Assembly (NCBI GenBank): GCA_964577535.1
Contig: CAZNZO010000005.1
Span: forward strand, 31,433 to 95,432
From: an uncultured Oscillospiraceae bacterium
GTDB lineage: Bacteria > Bacillota > Clostridia > Christensenellales > CAG-314
DNA: 64,000 bases
Reading direction: 5' to 3'
A program made the translations under genes and the position numbers. The notes under the pieces are model-generated. The model saw only the letters and a list, made by a program, of their open reading frames with translations. It ran no database searches and was not told where the DNA came from. This document shows, piece after piece, positions 63,077 to 64,000 of this stretch (position 1 is the first letter of the stretch; each line of letters starts with the position of its first letter).

Positions 63077-63877
63077 TTAGTTGCTCTTCGGAACGGACGG
63101 TTGTACCCCCCCCGTGGCGAATTCCAGATCCGGCCTTACGTGTTTGCGGTTTGCATAATTCAGCGGCGAACAACCGTATTGCTTTTTAAAAACTCTCGAA
63201 AAATAAAGAGGCTCGTCGTATCCAACCATAAGCGCAACTTTGGTCACGTTGTATTCGTGGTCTAGCGAACTAAGCAACTTTTCCGCCGTTTGCAGGCGCA
63301 TGTTTGTCAAAAAGGCGTGCGGCGTTATGCCAATTTCGCTTTTGAACAACTTGCGCAAATAGTCGTAGCTAAATGGAAGCGAATGCAAATACTTATCCAA
63401 CTGGTAGTTGCTATCGGGAAAGTTTTTAACGATATTGCTCTTTATTTCTTCCACAACCTTGCTAAGAGGGCTGTTGTTTTGAAACGCAATAACATAGTTC
63501 ATAATAAGGTTGCAAAATGCCGAAACAAGCAACTGGCGCTTATCTAACGCGCTGTTGAAGTAGAAAAACAAGTCTTCAAACGCGCGCAAAACATGCTTGT
63601 CGCTGTCGTCGTGGATGGTTACCACGGATTTGAATGGCAACATGGCTTCCGCAACGCGAATGTGAATGTTGGTAAAGCCCTTAACGCTGTTGTTCGTGTG
63701 CCAAATTTTGGGCGGAACAACTACTACGTCGCCTGTGGAATAGTGCACAACGGTGTTGTCTTCAAATTCAAACGTGCCTCCGCCGCTGGTGCAATAAACA
63801 AATTCCCAATGTTCATGATAGTGCTTTTGCACGGTGTAGGTGCGCAAATGTTTTCCTACGTAAACGATATCGTTCAT
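63077..63877 (-). CDS. AraC-family transcriptional regulator (cupin sensor plus HTH)
   Basis: 266 aa with RBS ggaggaac. N-terminal cupin motif HYHEHWEFVYCTSGGG. C-terminal AraC HTH is ITPHAFLTNMRLQTAEKLL...VALMVGYDEPLYFSRVFKKQYGCSP. Confidence 0.87.
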   Translation of the reverse strand: MNDIVYVGKHLRTYTVQKHYHEHWEFVYCTSGGGTFEFEDNTVVHYSTGDVVVVPPKIWHTNNSVKGFTNIHIRVAEAMLPFKSVVTIHDDSDKHVLRAFEDLFFYFNSALDKRQLLVSAFCNLIMNYVIAFQNNSPLSKVVEEIKSNIVKNFPDSNYQLDKYLHSLPFSYDYLRKLFKSEIGITPHAFLTNMRLQTAEKLLSSLDHEYNVTKVALMVGYDEPLYFSRVFKKQYGCSPLNYANRKHVRPDLEFATGGVQPSVPKSN

Positions 63878-64000
63878 GTGGTTCCTCCGTCGTTACTTTT
63901 TGCAAACTGTGTTTGCTTTGTTATGGCGGTGCAGTGGCAAGTGCTATGTTCTGGGCAAATTATTGCGCATACGAGCGCTTCGGTTGCATGCTTTGCAACG

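Overview
This is a chromosomal segment from a low-to-moderate-GC Gram-positive (Firmicutes/Clostridia-like) bacterium. That origin is inferred from gene content and order (recD2-comFC-secA-prfB, murB-whiA, CIRCE operator, sigma-A type promoters, lipoboxes); the exact taxon cannot be determined from the sequence alone. I recognised no rRNA, tRNA, CRISPR array, transposase or integrase.

The first half (1-33.5 kb) is mostly housekeeping:
- Replication, secretion and translation: a helicase fragment, comFC, secA, an unframeshifted prfB, proS, dnaE and rpmE.
- Envelope: a GT28 glycolipid glycosyltransferase, murB and whiA.
- Stress: hsp20 preceded by a near-perfect CIRCE operator, and htpG.
- Carbohydrate and miscellaneous: a GH13 glucosidase plus a HAD hydrolase, and two lipoproteins.
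- Cofactor-related: a possible ECF S-component pair; an extracytoplasmic flavinylation cluster (FMN-binding lipoprotein, secreted ApbE fused to a NusG-II/DUF1312 domain, Gx transporter); pdxK; and an MFS transporter.

The second half (34-64 kb) is a pectin/galacturonate utilisation locus:
- A membrane-anchored beta-helix lyase-like protein, a GH4 enzyme and an AEC transporter.
- kduD, an eda-VOC fusion, kdgK, a TIM-barrel protein, kduI and an orphan MsmX-type ATPase.
- uxaB, uxaA and uxaC, then a CE8 pectinesterase on the opposite strand.
- An LplB/LplC/LplA-like ABC importer.
- A tightly packed set of four uncharacterised membrane proteins interleaved with a second MsmX-type ATPase.
- A GH28-GH105 fusion enzyme and an AraC regulator.

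The observations most worth a second look:
1. The four unknown membrane proteins embedded in the ABC importer operon.
2. The ApbE-NusG-II fusion with its flavinylation neighbourhood.
3. A microhomology-bounded tandem duplication of about 279 bp that creates a second, decayed 3' copy of rpmE.
4. A strongly strand-asymmetric A-rich tract with 15-bp and 13-bp tandem repeats downstream of prfB.
5. Several structured or palindromic intergenic elements.

Many very long ORFs in the six-frame track are antisense mirror ORFs caused by codon bias and were rejected. All functional calls rest on motif recognition by eye; no database search was run.
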